A stretch of DNA of 32,000 nucleotides from Prochlorococcus marinus subsp. pastoris str. CCMP1986 (GCF_000011465.1 NC_005072.1:90001-122000), one strand, 5' to 3'; positions 1 through 8,660 are shown, counted from the stretch's first letter. The notes: a model not told the origin generated them from the letters alone. Translations and numbers: made by a program.

Positions 1-1241
1 TTACGTCTACTTCTGCAATAACCGTTACTGGATTAACTATCATTGATGTAGGGGTTGATTTAAATATTTTTGGGCAAATTTTCTTAGCTTTAATGCTTTT
101 ATCAGGTGGTTTAGGCTTAATGGCTATTACAACTTTCTTACAAGGATTTGTTGTGAAAGGGACTCAGCTTAGAACTAGATTGGATAAAGGCAAGACTCTT
201 GACGAATTTGGGGTTGGTGGAATTGGTAGAACTTTTCAAAGCATCGCTATTACTGCCACTTCTATTATTTCTTTTGGTGCAATAGTATTGTATTTTTTCG
301 GTTTTTTAGAAATTCAAAATAATTGGCAAAGATTATGGTCTGCAATTTTTCATAGCATTTCTGCATATAACAATGCAGGTTTTTCTTTATGGTCTAAAAG
401 CCTTCAAGATTATCGATCTAATTTTGTTGTTAATGTTGTATTTATTTTTTTAATTGTGATGGGAGGACTTGGTTGGAGAGTTATTGACGATATATGGAGT
501 AATAGAAAAAATCTTTCATATAAAAAATTAAGTCTTCATTCTAGATTAGTAATTAGGACAAGTTTTTCCTTAATAATTTTTGGATCATTAGGTTTTTTCA
601 TAACAGAGACATTATTAAATAGTCAATTTTTTAGTGATCTAAATTTCTTTGAGAAAGTTTTATCATCTATTTTCGAGACTGTGAGTGCAAGAACAGCGGG
701 ATTTACAAATTTTCCAATATCTTTAAACTCAATATCAGATACTGGTCTCTTGCTATTAATGACGTTGATGTTTATTGGAGCTAGCACCGGTGGTACTGGT
801 GGTGGAATCAAAACTACAACTTTTATTGCCTTAATGGCAGCAACTAGATCAACGTTAAGGGGACAAAAAGATGTAATTATTAGTAATAGATTAATTTCAG
901 ATAAGGTTATTTTGAAAGCAGTTGGAATAACTGTTGGCTCTTTACTTTTTGTTCTCTTGATGGCTATGTTATTAAGTACTACGAATACTTTTATTAAAAA
1001 AGAATCATTTACATTTCTAGAAATTCTTTTCACATGTATTTCTGCATTTGCAACTGTAGGTTTTGATATCGGTTTGACAGCAAAATTAAATCATTTTGGT
1101 CAATTTATTTTAATTATTGGTATGTTCGTGGGAAGACTTGGGATTCTTTTGCTTTTAAGTGCTCTGTGGCAGGCTCTATATAAGAGTAGAATAGAAAGAC
1201 AAAAAAGAATTGGCTATCCAAAAGCTGATCTTTATGTTTAG
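1..1241 (+). CDS. TrkH/KtrB-family K+ transporter membrane subunit (5' end outside window; track ORF begins at 93 but the frame is open to the window edge)
   Basis: Multi-spanning membrane protein with pore-loop-like motifs (TSTSAITVTGL upstream of 93 in frame, TVSARTAGFTNFP, GGTGGGIKTTT, TVGFDIGLT); followed directly by a KtrA/TrkA-like gene. Confidence 0.9.
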   Translation, partial: TSTSAITVTGLTIIDVGVDLNIFGQIFLALMLLSGGLGLMAITTFLQGFVVKGTQLRTRLDKGKTLDEFGVGGIGRTFQSIAITATSIISFGAIVLYFFGFLEIQNNWQRLWSAIFHSISAYNNAGFSLWSKSLQDYRSNFVVNVVFIFLIVMGGLGWRVIDDIWSNRKNLSYKKLSLHSRLVIRTSFSLIIFGSLGFFITETLLNSQFFSDLNFFEKVLSSIFETVSARTAGFTNFPISLNSISDTGLLLLMTLMFIGASTGGTGGGIKTTTFIALMAATRSTLRGQKDVIISNRLISDKVILKAVGITVGSLLFVLLMAMLLSTTNTFIKKESFTFLEILFTCISAFATVGFDIGLTAKLNHFGQFILIIGMFVGRLGILLLLSALWQALYKSRIERQKRIGYPKADLYV

Positions 1242-1259
1242 CCTTTACAAATATTTATT

Positions 1260-1964
1260 ATGGCTGATTGGTGGCAATGGTCTCAACAAAAAGAAGAGCA
1301 AGCTCTAACTTTCGCAGTTGTAGGAGTTGGAAGATTTGGAACGGCTGTTTGTAGAGAACTTATAAGTAATGGCGTAGATGTTTTAGCTGCAGATGCTTCT
1401 GAGAAGGCTATTGATGATTTAAGACAATTAGAACCTTCTATTGAAGCCAGAGTAATAGATTGTACTGATGAGGAATCAATGAAGGAATCAGGTATCTTAG
1501 AGATGAATACAGTTGTAGTCGGTATTAGTGAGCCTATTGAAGCAAGTATTACCACTACTCTTATTGCTAAGGATAGTGAAGGAACAAAAGTAAAAAGAGT
1601 AATTGCAAGAGCTACGAGTGATTTGCATGAAAAGATGTTAAAAAGAGTAGGTGCTGATAAGGTCGTTTTCCCTTCTAGAATGCAAGGTGAAAGGTTAGGT
1701 TTAGAACTTGTTAGACCAAATCTAATTGAAAGATTAGAATTGGACAATCAAACTGGAATAGATGAATTAACAGTTCCAGAAGAATTTATTGGTAGATCTT
1801 TAAGAGATTTAAATTTAAGAAAAAATTATTTAGTTAACGTTCTTGCTGCTGGTCCTCCGGAACAATTAACAGTGAATCCTCCTGCAAAATATATTCTTGA
1901 GAGAGGAAATATTTTGGTAGTTATGGGGAAAACTTTAGATTTACAAAAATTACCTCAAAATTAA
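1260..1964 (+). CDS. KtrA/TrkA-like K+ channel regulatory subunit (RCK: N-terminal NAD-binding plus TrkA-C domain)
   Basis: VVGVGRFGTAVCREL Rossmann motif; second domain NLRKNYLVNVLA; adjacent to KtrB-like gene. Confidence 0.9.
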   Translation: MADWWQWSQQKEEQALTFAVVGVGRFGTAVCRELISNGVDVLAADASEKAIDDLRQLEPSIEARVIDCTDEESMKESGILEMNTVVVGISEPIEASITTTLIAKDSEGTKVKRVIARATSDLHEKMLKRVGADKVVFPSRMQGERLGLELVRPNLIERLELDNQTGIDELTVPEEFIGRSLRDLNLRKNYLVNVLAAGPPEQLTVNPPAKYILERGNILVVMGKTLDLQKLPQN

Positions 1965-2273
1965 TTATTTATTCTCGGATTTTTTGGTATACCTAATCCT
2001 TTGAGGAGCCCCTTTTAATCTTTTAATACTTTGTCTTTCTAATGTATCCCGGAAATTCTCAGTATTAACTGCAGTATCTGATGTTTGTGATTTGGCTTCT
2101 CTTTTGAGATGATTTTTAATTCCTTGCTGAATTAATACCTTGGCCATATTGCTGACAGTTCTTGATTCATTCTCAGCTAAAATATTTAGTTGCTCACAAA
2201 TCAATTCTGGAAGAACCACCTGTATTCTAGGGGATTTTGGCTTCCCATTAGTTGAGTTTTGGCGGGTTGCCAT
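1965..2273 (-). CDS. Ribbon-helix-helix (CopG/MetJ-Arc)-like DNA-binding protein
   Basis: PRIQVVLPELICEQLNILAENESRTVSNMAKVLIQQGI matches the RHH pattern. Confidence 0.65.
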   Translation of the reverse strand: MATRQNSTNGKPKSPRIQVVLPELICEQLNILAENESRTVSNMAKVLIQQGIKNHLKREAKSQTSDTAVNTENFRDTLERQSIKRLKGAPQRIRYTKKSENK

Positions 2274-2294
2274 TAGTCAAACTTAATAACTGTT

Positions 2295-2306
2295 ACTTAT
2301 AAGTAT
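2295..2306. promoter_or_regulatory. Perfect 12-bp palindrome TACTTATAAGTA in the divergent intergenic region; candidate operator
   Basis: Read directly from sequence; lies 22 bp upstream of the RHH gene start. Function is inference only. Confidence 0.3.
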
Positions 2307-2389
2307 ACACAGTTAGTCAAGGGTAGTATCTTTGTGTATATTAATAGTAAGGATATAAGCCTTTGATTAATTTGTTCCTCGTATAAATT

Positions 2390-2728
2390 ATGCAAAATTC
2401 AAGAAATCTTGATTCTTCTCAAAGATCAACAATTGATAAAAAGAAAAAAAAATTAATACAGTCTGAGTCTTTAAGTAACGAGAATAGTGATGTATTAGTA
2501 TCTGCAGTGATCAGTCCGTATTTGTTGACACATCTGCATCAAATTTTGCAACGTTCTGAATATTATGCTCAGAAAGATGGAAGAATATCTCATGCTGCTA
2601 ATTTTGCAAAGCTTAGGAAAGTTCTATGTTTAGATGCAAGAAGTATGGCAGATGCCTCAGCCAAAGAAATAAAAGATACTGATCATGATTTTTCTATAAA
2701 TAAAAATAATGAACAAAATGTAGCTTGA
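2390..2728 (+). CDS. Hypothetical protein
   Basis: 112-aa ORF with no recognised domain, collinear with the following gene. Confidence 0.6.
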   Translation: MQNSRNLDSSQRSTIDKKKKKLIQSESLSNENSDVLVSAVISPYLLTHLHQILQRSEYYAQKDGRISHAANFAKLRKVLCLDARSMADASAKEIKDTDHDFSINKNNEQNVA

Positions 2729-2763
2729 GGGAATAGTCTATAGATATGAATTAATAGAAACTG

Positions 2764-2994
2764 ATGACTAGTAATGTTGAAAAACTCTATAACTTGATAG
2801 CCGATGATTCAAGAAAAAAACAAAGTTTATTTTTGATGGCTCTTAATAATCCAAAATCAGCTCTTGAAAAAATTTGCGAGATTGGTAAACAAGTAGATAT
2901 TCAGGTTACTAAAGAAGAGGTAATAGAGTATTTGTCGACTGTTGATGACGAAGCAACTAAATTATGGTTGATCAAGGCTCGAGGAGGTCTTTAG
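2764..2994 (+). CDS. Nif11-like leader-domain small protein ending ...KARGGL
   Basis: VEKLYNLIADDSRKKQSLFLMALNNPKSALEKICEIGKQVDIQVTKEEVIEYL resembles the Nif11 N-terminal domain; terminal Gly-Gly-Leu. Confidence 0.6.
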   Translation: MTSNVEKLYNLIADDSRKKQSLFLMALNNPKSALEKICEIGKQVDIQVTKEEVIEYLSTVDDEATKLWLIKARGGL

Positions 2995-3144
2995 CAAAAG
3001 ATTTTGCGTAGTTCCTTCTTTTAATGTTGGGGCTATTCTTCTGTTGTAACCTCCACCACCAGCTAATGTCCAAAAAAACCAGTAACTTGGAATTGCCAAT
3101 GCTGCAGCTATGAAAATTACCACTATTTGTTCTATTCTTTTCAT
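2962..3144 (-). CDS. Small single-TM hypothetical protein
   Basis: 60 aa with N-terminal hydrophobic segment IVVIFIAAALAIPSYWFFW; convergent, 33-bp overlap with the Nif11-like gene. Confidence 0.5.
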   Translation of the reverse strand: MKRIEQIVVIFIAAALAIPSYWFFWTLAGGGGYNRRIAPTLKEGTTQNLLLKTSSSLDQP

Positions 3145-3214
3145 ATAACAATTTTATTCCACAAAAATTTTTTTGGTAAAAAGTCTCTAAGTTTGTAAAT
3201 TCAATTTTTTTAAA

Positions 3215-4837
3215 GTGATTAGATTTGATAATGTAAGTAAAATTTACTCTACTGATGTTGTTCTAAAAAATATTAATTGGGAAATTAGGAAGGGAGAAAA
3301 GATAGGCTTAGTTGGTTCTAATGGAGCAGGTAAATCTACTCAGTTTAAAATCTTAATTGGAGAGGAGGATCAAACAAGTGGACTTGTTCTTAAAGAAGGA
3401 AGTCCCAAAATTTCTCACTTAAAACAGGAATTGGATTGTAATTTAAATCGAACAGTCAGAGAAGAATTAGAAAGTTCTTTTAAAGATATTCAAGTAGTTT
3501 CAAATAAACTTCTAGAGATTGAAAATGAAATGAAATTTTTAGAAACTAGCAAAGACTCTGAAAAACTTGATCATCTTGTAAATCAACTAGCCAAATTTCA
3601 AGAAAAGTTTGAAGTTTTAGGTGGCTACCAAATGCAGGCAGAAGTAGAGAAGATACTGCCAAAACTAGGTTTTTCTCAGAATGATGCAGACAAATTGGTA
3701 GGTAATTTTTCTGGGGGTTGGCAAATGAAAGTTGCTCTCGGAAAAATTATTTTGCAAAAACCTGATCTACTTTTACTCGATGAGCCAACTAACCATTTGG
3801 ATTTGGAAACAATTTTTTGGTTAGAGGAATATTTAATATCTCTAAAAATATCCATCATATTAATTAGTCATGATCGATATTTTTTAGATAAACTATGTAA
3901 AAAGATTATTTTTATAGAAAGAGGAATTTCTGAAACATATAATGGGAATTATTCTTTTTTTATTGAACAAAAGTCTTTAAATGAGGCAACTCAAAGTAAA
4001 GCTTTTGAGTTGCAGCAAAAAGAGATCGAAACACAAAAAAAGTATATTGAAAGATTTCGAGCTAGTGCTACAAGGAGTACACAAGCTAAAAGTAGGGAGA
4101 AGCAATTAAAAAAGATTGTGAAAATTGATGCACCTATTTCAAGACTAAAAAGTCCTTCTTTTAATTTTCCTGAGTGTCCGCGTTCTGGTAAATTGGTTCT
4201 TCAAATTAAGAATTTATCTCATAGTTTTGAAGAAAAGATACTATTATTCGATGTCAATTTAAGGGTTTCTGCGGGCGAAAAAATAGCAATTTTAGGTCCT
4301 AATGGTTGTGGTAAATCTACTTTGTTAAAGTTGATTATGAAAAAAATAGAACCCGAAATAGGAGAAGTTAATTTAGGTAAACATAATATAATTACAAGTT
4401 ATTATGAGCAAAATCAGGCTGCAGCACTTGCTGTTGAAAAACAGGTTATTGATTTAATATATTCAAAAGCACCAGATTGGTCTCAACAAAAAGTAAGGAC
4501 ATTCTTAGGAAGTTTTGGCTTTCATAATGATTCTGTTTTTAAACATGTTCAACAACTTAGTGGTGGCGAAAAAGCTAGATTAGCATTGGCTTTGATGATA
4601 ATGAATCCAAGCAATTTTTTACTTCTTGATGAACCTACAAATCATTTAGATCTACAATCGAAAGAGAATTTGGAACTAGCAATAAATAATTATAAGGGAA
4701 CAGTATTTATTATTTCCCATGATAGATATTTTATTTCAAAAGTTGCAAATAGAATTATTGAAATTAAAGACTCTAAATTATTATCTTTTAATGGTAATTA
4801 TGAATATTTTTTAGAGAAGAAAAGAAGTATAAAATAA
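3215..4837 (+). CDS. ABC-F family ATP-binding protein (duplicated ATPase domains, no TM)
   Basis: Two Walker A motifs (GSNGAGKST, GPNGCGKST), signature motifs FSGGWQMK and LSGGEKAR, DEPTNHLDL twice; GTG start. Confidence 0.93.
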   Translation: MIRFDNVSKIYSTDVVLKNINWEIRKGEKIGLVGSNGAGKSTQFKILIGEEDQTSGLVLKEGSPKISHLKQELDCNLNRTVREELESSFKDIQVVSNKLLEIENEMKFLETSKDSEKLDHLVNQLAKFQEKFEVLGGYQMQAEVEKILPKLGFSQNDADKLVGNFSGGWQMKVALGKIILQKPDLLLLDEPTNHLDLETIFWLEEYLISLKISIILISHDRYFLDKLCKKIIFIERGISETYNGNYSFFIEQKSLNEATQSKAFELQQKEIETQKKYIERFRASATRSTQAKSREKQLKKIVKIDAPISRLKSPSFNFPECPRSGKLVLQIKNLSHSFEEKILLFDVNLRVSAGEKIAILGPNGCGKSTLLKLIMKKIEPEIGEVNLGKHNIITSYYEQNQAAALAVEKQVIDLIYSKAPDWSQQKVRTFLGSFGFHNDSVFKHVQQLSGGEKARLALALMIMNPSNFLLLDEPTNHLDLQSKENLELAINNYKGTVFIISHDRYFISKVANRIIEIKDSKLLSFNGNYEYFLEKKRSIK

Positions 4838-5003
4838 CCGTTTATGTTTATCTTTTAAATATTTTTTTCTTATTTTTTTTAGTTGTGACGAATAGCTTTT
4901 AGAAAACTTTACAATCCTCTAGGCAAGATCACTTATTTTTCTTTACAGACTTCATAACTTTGATTAATGTAATAATTACGAATTTGTTTTATTGAGAATA
5001 CTT

Positions 5004-5147
5004 ATGAAAAAGTATGATTTAAAAGAAAGTAAATATGTTACTTTTGATCCAGTAGAAAGTTATTTTGAGTGTATTTCTAGTTGTGATATTTCTGATGGTA
5101 TTTGTATCTCTCAATGCGTAGAAATACTTAGAGACGATGAAAGTTAA
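5004..5147 (+). CDS. 47-aa conserved-looking small protein with twin CX3C motif (not in supplied ORF track)
   Basis: Manual translation MKKYDLKESKYVTFDPVESYFECISSCDISDGICISQCVEILRDDES; ATG at 5004, TAA at 5145-5147; fills an otherwise empty gap. Confidence 0.55.
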   Translation: MKKYDLKESKYVTFDPVESYFECISSCDISDGICISQCVEILRDDES

Positions 5148-5154
5148 AGAATTT

Positions 5155-6303
5155 TTATTTTGTTAATTTAGTAATATCTATAGGTTTAACTTTTAATTTA
5201 ATAATTTTATTTTTTCTTTTTAAGGTTATATTTATAAATTTATTAATTCCGTTGTTGCTTATTTCATTGATAACATCAGAAGAATTATTAATATTTGTTT
5301 TCCCCACTTTTAGGATTATGTCATTAATAAAAATTCCGCTCTTTGCAGCGGGGCTATTTGGGACAACGTATCCTACTTTTACAATACTTTCATTCGTCTC
5401 AAAATAATTTTCGTCTATTAAGTTGATTCCAATCATGGGATGTATTACTGTTCCATTTTTTATCAGTTGCGAAGCGATATTTTTAGCTTTATTTATTGGG
5501 ATTGCAAAACTTAAGCCTGCCCCAGGGCCTGATCTAATAAGAGTATTAATTCCAATCACTTCTCCCTTACTATTTAATAATGGACCCCCAGAATTTCCAG
5601 GGTTAATTGCTGCATCTGTCTGAATTAATTCAAACTTTTTATCATATATTCCTAATTGTGAGACATTTCTATTTAAGTTACTAATTATTCCTAGGGTTAC
5701 TGTATTTTCTAGTCCAAAAGGATTACCAACAGCTATTGCCCAATCACCAACTTCAATTTTTGTTGAATCACCTAACTTTGCTTTTGGCCAAGGTCCTTTT
5801 CCTTCAAGCCTGATAACAGCTAAATCAGTAAGTAAGTCTTGTCCTATTAACTTCCCTTTATATTTTTTTCCGTTTGATAAACCAACTATTAACTTTTGTG
5901 ATCTATTAACAACATGTGCATTAGTCATTACGAGACCATCTCCGAATATAAAGCCGCTTCCTTGGCTCTGTTCTATCCGTGGTTGATTTTCAGGAGGTAA
6001 TTGTAAGCCGAAGAATCTTTCAAAATATGGATCTAAGAATATTCTTGAATCTCTAGAAAATTGTCTATTTTCAACAAATCTTTGAGTGTCAATAGTTACT
6101 ACTGAAGCCCCTGTTTTCTTTACTGCTTTTGTTATGAAAGATATATTTGAAATTTTAGATTCTTCATTAAGATTTTGATTTACTATGGGCTGAGATATTA
6201 CATTTGATTTATTAATTAGGCCAAGTGTTAAACAGGATAGGAAGAATAGTTTTTTAAAAGATAATTTTATAAATTTTCCTTTTGTGATTGTCTTTGAAAA
6301 CAT
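5155..6303 (-). CDS. HtrA/DegP-family trypsin-like serine protease with one PDZ domain
   Basis: N-terminal signal/TM segment; catalytic motifs TNAHVV, DLAVI, NPGNSGGPLLN; C-terminal PDZ (VVPNSPAAKSGI). Confidence 0.92.
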   Translation of the reverse strand: MFSKTITKGKFIKLSFKKLFFLSCLTLGLINKSNVISQPIVNQNLNEESKISNISFITKAVKKTGASVVTIDTQRFVENRQFSRDSRIFLDPYFERFFGLQLPPENQPRIEQSQGSGFIFGDGLVMTNAHVVNRSQKLIVGLSNGKKYKGKLIGQDLLTDLAVIRLEGKGPWPKAKLGDSTKIEVGDWAIAVGNPFGLENTVTLGIISNLNRNVSQLGIYDKKFELIQTDAAINPGNSGGPLLNSKGEVIGINTLIRSGPGAGLSFAIPINKAKNIASQLIKNGTVIHPMIGINLIDENYFETNESIVKVGYVVPNSPAAKSGIFINDIILKVGKTNINNSSDVINEISNNGINKFINITLKRKNKIIKLKVKPIDITKLTK

Positions 6304-6451
6304 TCGTTTATAATTTATTATTTATGTTAGTGAAAATTACATAAATCGCTCAAATTATTTGGCAAATAGAAGAATATGTTTCTTTAAATTAGCTAAATTT
6401 ATTTTTTTCGAGCTATTATAGATCATAAGTAATAATAGATTAATACACTAA

Positions 6452-6715
6452 ATGTCTTTCTTATTTCCAATAGTTTATTCAGCTGCTCTAACCTATTTAG
6501 TTTGGAAAGCTTTTAAAGTAATGTCAAATGGTTGGGGGGCACTTGATAAACAACCAAATCGTTCTTACAAAACAAATATCAAACAAAAAAAATATACTAT
6601 TCATCCTGAACTTCTTGATAAATCTGGAAATATAACTCAAGAAGAATTACTTACAGTAAGGTTTTCTAATGATACAGATTCAACTCTGGAGGAAAAGGGA
6701 ACTACAACTGATTAA
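6452..6715 (+). CDS. DUF2973-like small cyanobacterial protein
   Basis: N-terminal hydrophobic segment followed by HPELLDKSGNITQEELLTVRF, typical of this family. Confidence 0.7.
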   Translation: MSFLFPIVYSAALTYLVWKAFKVMSNGWGALDKQPNRSYKTNIKQKKYTIHPELLDKSGNITQEELLTVRFSNDTDSTLEEKGTTTD

Positions 6716-6747
6716 ATTCATTAAACACATTTATTACGGATAAAAAT

Positions 6748-7131
6748 TTGGAATTAAGAACAAAGATTGTCGCCGGAGTTATTAGATCACTTAAGTTACC
6801 GCCAAGGTTTCGTCTTAAAATGGTTAAGGAAGATCCTGTCAGACTTGAATTGAGTATAACGCCTTCTTATGGAAAAAATCCAGTAATAGTTGGAATAGTG
6901 GAGTCTCTTGATTTAGTTGCCAGGAGAGATAGAGAGGGAAGAATGCCAAGAGATCTACAAGGAACTTGGGATTGGACCGTAAGACATGGAAAAGTAAGTA
7001 CTGGAGGTTGGAACCCAATGCTTAAAGAAGCTCTCCAAACTATGTTTGAAACAGGTTTGCCATCGATAATATATGAAGAATTAACTGGAGATGAGTACAA
7101 GCCAGTTGATGGAATAAGACATGTTAGATAA
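6748..7131 (+). CDS. Conserved cyanobacterial hypothetical protein
   Basis: 127-aa ORF, TTG start, in a same-strand cluster; the opposite-strand ORF looks like its shadow. Confidence 0.7.
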   Translation: MELRTKIVAGVIRSLKLPPRFRLKMVKEDPVRLELSITPSYGKNPVIVGIVESLDLVARRDREGRMPRDLQGTWDWTVRHGKVSTGGWNPMLKEALQTMFETGLPSIIYEELTGDEYKPVDGIRHVR

Positions 7132-7199
7132 ATCATGAATTTTTACATAAATTCAACCTTATAACGCTAAAATATAGTTACTTTTTCGAATAAATCATT

Positions 7200-7346
7200 A
7201 TGAATGAGGATAATCAACCAAGATTTGGTTTTGTCAACTTTGCAGAAACTTGGAACGGAAGAATGGCAATGATGGGAATATTGATAGGTTTAGGTACAGA
7301 ATTGATTACAGGACAAAGTATTCTAAGACAAATTGGGATTGGTTAA
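7200..7346 (+). CDS. High-light-inducible protein (HLIP/Hli, small CAB-like protein); not in supplied ORF track
   Basis: Manual translation MNEDNQPRFGFVNFAETWNGRMAMMGILIGLGTELITGQSILRQIGIG contains the chlorophyll-binding signature FAExxNGRxAMxG; TAA at 7344-7346. Confidence 0.92.
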   Translation: MNEDNQPRFGFVNFAETWNGRMAMMGILIGLGTELITGQSILRQIGIG

Positions 7347-7374
7347 ATTTTTTTCAAGAAGTATTTAAGGACAA

Positions 7375-7701
7375 TCACTTAATTTCCTCTGCTTTTACTT
7401 CAATTGTAGTTTCGCTGGGTTTTTTCAAAATTTCTGAGCTTTTTGAATTTGTATTTTCTAAATCTGCACCACAATTCATGCAGGTATTATTAATTCCTAA
7501 AGTCACAGTGCCACACTGATTACAAGTATTTACTTTTGACTTTAAGGAATTAAAACTTATCAATAAAACAGCAAGTATTAAAAGAGGAATTAAAAATATA
7601 AGTAATAAAAGATTTCCGATAAGATTTAAAAAAAAGTTAAATCCAAAAAGGGAAATTAATATTAAAAAAATTAAAGAGTAGGTGAATAAATTTTTGTTCA
7701 T
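7375..7701 (-). CDS. Small membrane protein with C-terminal zinc-ribbon (CX2C...CX2C)
   Basis: Two hydrophobic segments followed by CNQCGTVTLGINNTCMNCG. Confidence 0.65.
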   Translation of the reverse strand: MNKNLFTYSLIFLILISLFGFNFFLNLIGNLLLLIFLIPLLILAVLLISFNSLKSKVNTCNQCGTVTLGINNTCMNCGADLENTNSKSSEILKKPSETTIEVKAEEIK

Positions 7702-7733
7702 TTTAGAAAAGGAAACATGTGATTCTTTTAGAA

Positions 7734-8660
7734 TTAATTTTTTCTTCTCCTGCTTGTTAAAGACATACTAGCTATAACCACACTCCAACATTGTCCAAAA
7801 TATAAAACGACGCCTAATAGCCAAACCCATAAAGTTAGTACTAAAAAACCTCCAATAAAACCATATGCTTGAAATCTTGTCCCAAGGGAAAGAATACTTT
7901 TACTTACTGCTAGATTAAGAGTAGTTAGCCCAATTCCAATCAGAATTGAACCAGGGATTAGTGGTTTTAAAGGAACTTTTCTACTAGGCAATAGTGCTTG
8001 AAGTAATAAAGCCATTAATGAAAATCCTACCAGTGGCAAAGCAAATTGACCAACTTGTAAGAGTGGTAATTTTATAATGAATTCAGATATGAAATTACTA
8101 GAATTTGATATCTTTTCTAAAACAGTAGTTGGAATCATTCTGAGGTTTGCACTGATTTGATCTAATACCATTAAAAACCCTATAAAAAATACTACCAAGA
8201 AAGCTTCAATTCTGTTCCTAAGAAATCTTGATGCTTGCTCTTGCCAGGCAGAGTTTATTCTTCTTGAAGGTAGCTGATCTTCCCATAGCCTATCTGAACC
8301 TCTTTGAAGTGATAAGTAGGCGTTGCCAGCAGTAAATAGTAAAAACATAGCTCCTAAAATACCTGCTCCAAAGCCTTGGTCAATTAAGTTAAATAATGTT
8401 GTTTCAACTAATTCAACAACCGATGGAGGTAAAATTTGAGCGGCAACAGATATTATTTGTTGATCTAAACCATCTTGCTTACCTAGAAACCAAGAAGCTA
8501 TTGAAAGAGAAATAAGGAGTATTGGAAAGAATGACTGAAGAGTGTAATAAGCAAAAGCAGCGCTTAAATCAATACAATCCGATTTACTCCATCTTTCACA
8601 AGCTCCCCATAAACTTTTAATAATCCATGTTGTACTGCGCTGGATATTGATTCTCTTCAA
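7734..8660 (-). CDS. YihY/BrkB-family inner membrane protein
   Basis: DLSAAFAYYTLQSFFPILLI motif and six-TM profile typical of YihY. Confidence 0.88.
   Translation of the reverse strand: MKRINIQRSTTWIIKSLWGACERWSKSDCIDLSAAFAYYTLQSFFPILLISLSIASWFLGKQDGLDQQIISVAAQILPPSVVELVETTLFNLIDQGFGAGILGAMFLLFTAGNAYLSLQRGSDRLWEDQLPSRRINSAWQEQASRFLRNRIEAFLVVFFIGFLMVLDQISANLRMIPTTVLEKISNSSNFISEFIIKLPLLQVGQFALPLVGFSLMALLLQALLPSRKVPLKPLIPGSILIGIGLTTLNLAVSKSILSLGTRFQAYGFIGGFLVLTLWVWLLGVVLYFGQCWSVVIASMSLTSRRRKN

Noticed and set aside
623-1747. Minus-strand ORFs 623-1033 and 1283-1747 opposite ktrB/ktrA-like genes
   Set aside because: They are antisense to strongly supported genes and show no domain-like features; likely shadow ORFs.
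1965-2728. Toxin-antitoxin module hypothesis (RHH protein plus 112-aa neighbour)
   Set aside because: The neighbour is divergent, lacks recognisable toxin motifs, and is not arranged as a TA operon.
3676-3858. 60-aa minus ORF inside the ABC-F gene
   Set aside because: Antisense to the conserved SGGW...DEPTNHLDL region; low-complexity shadow ORF.
5423-5623. Plus ORF inside the HtrA gene
   Set aside because: Antisense to conserved protease/PDZ coding sequence.
6867-7136. 89-aa minus ORF opposite the conserved hypothetical 6748-7131
   Set aside because: The plus-strand product has a more protein-like, collinear context; the minus ORF appears to be its shadow.
7250-7519. 89-aa plus ORF in the track
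   Set aside because: Starts out of frame within the HLIP gene and runs antisense over the zinc-ribbon protein gene; no support as a protein.
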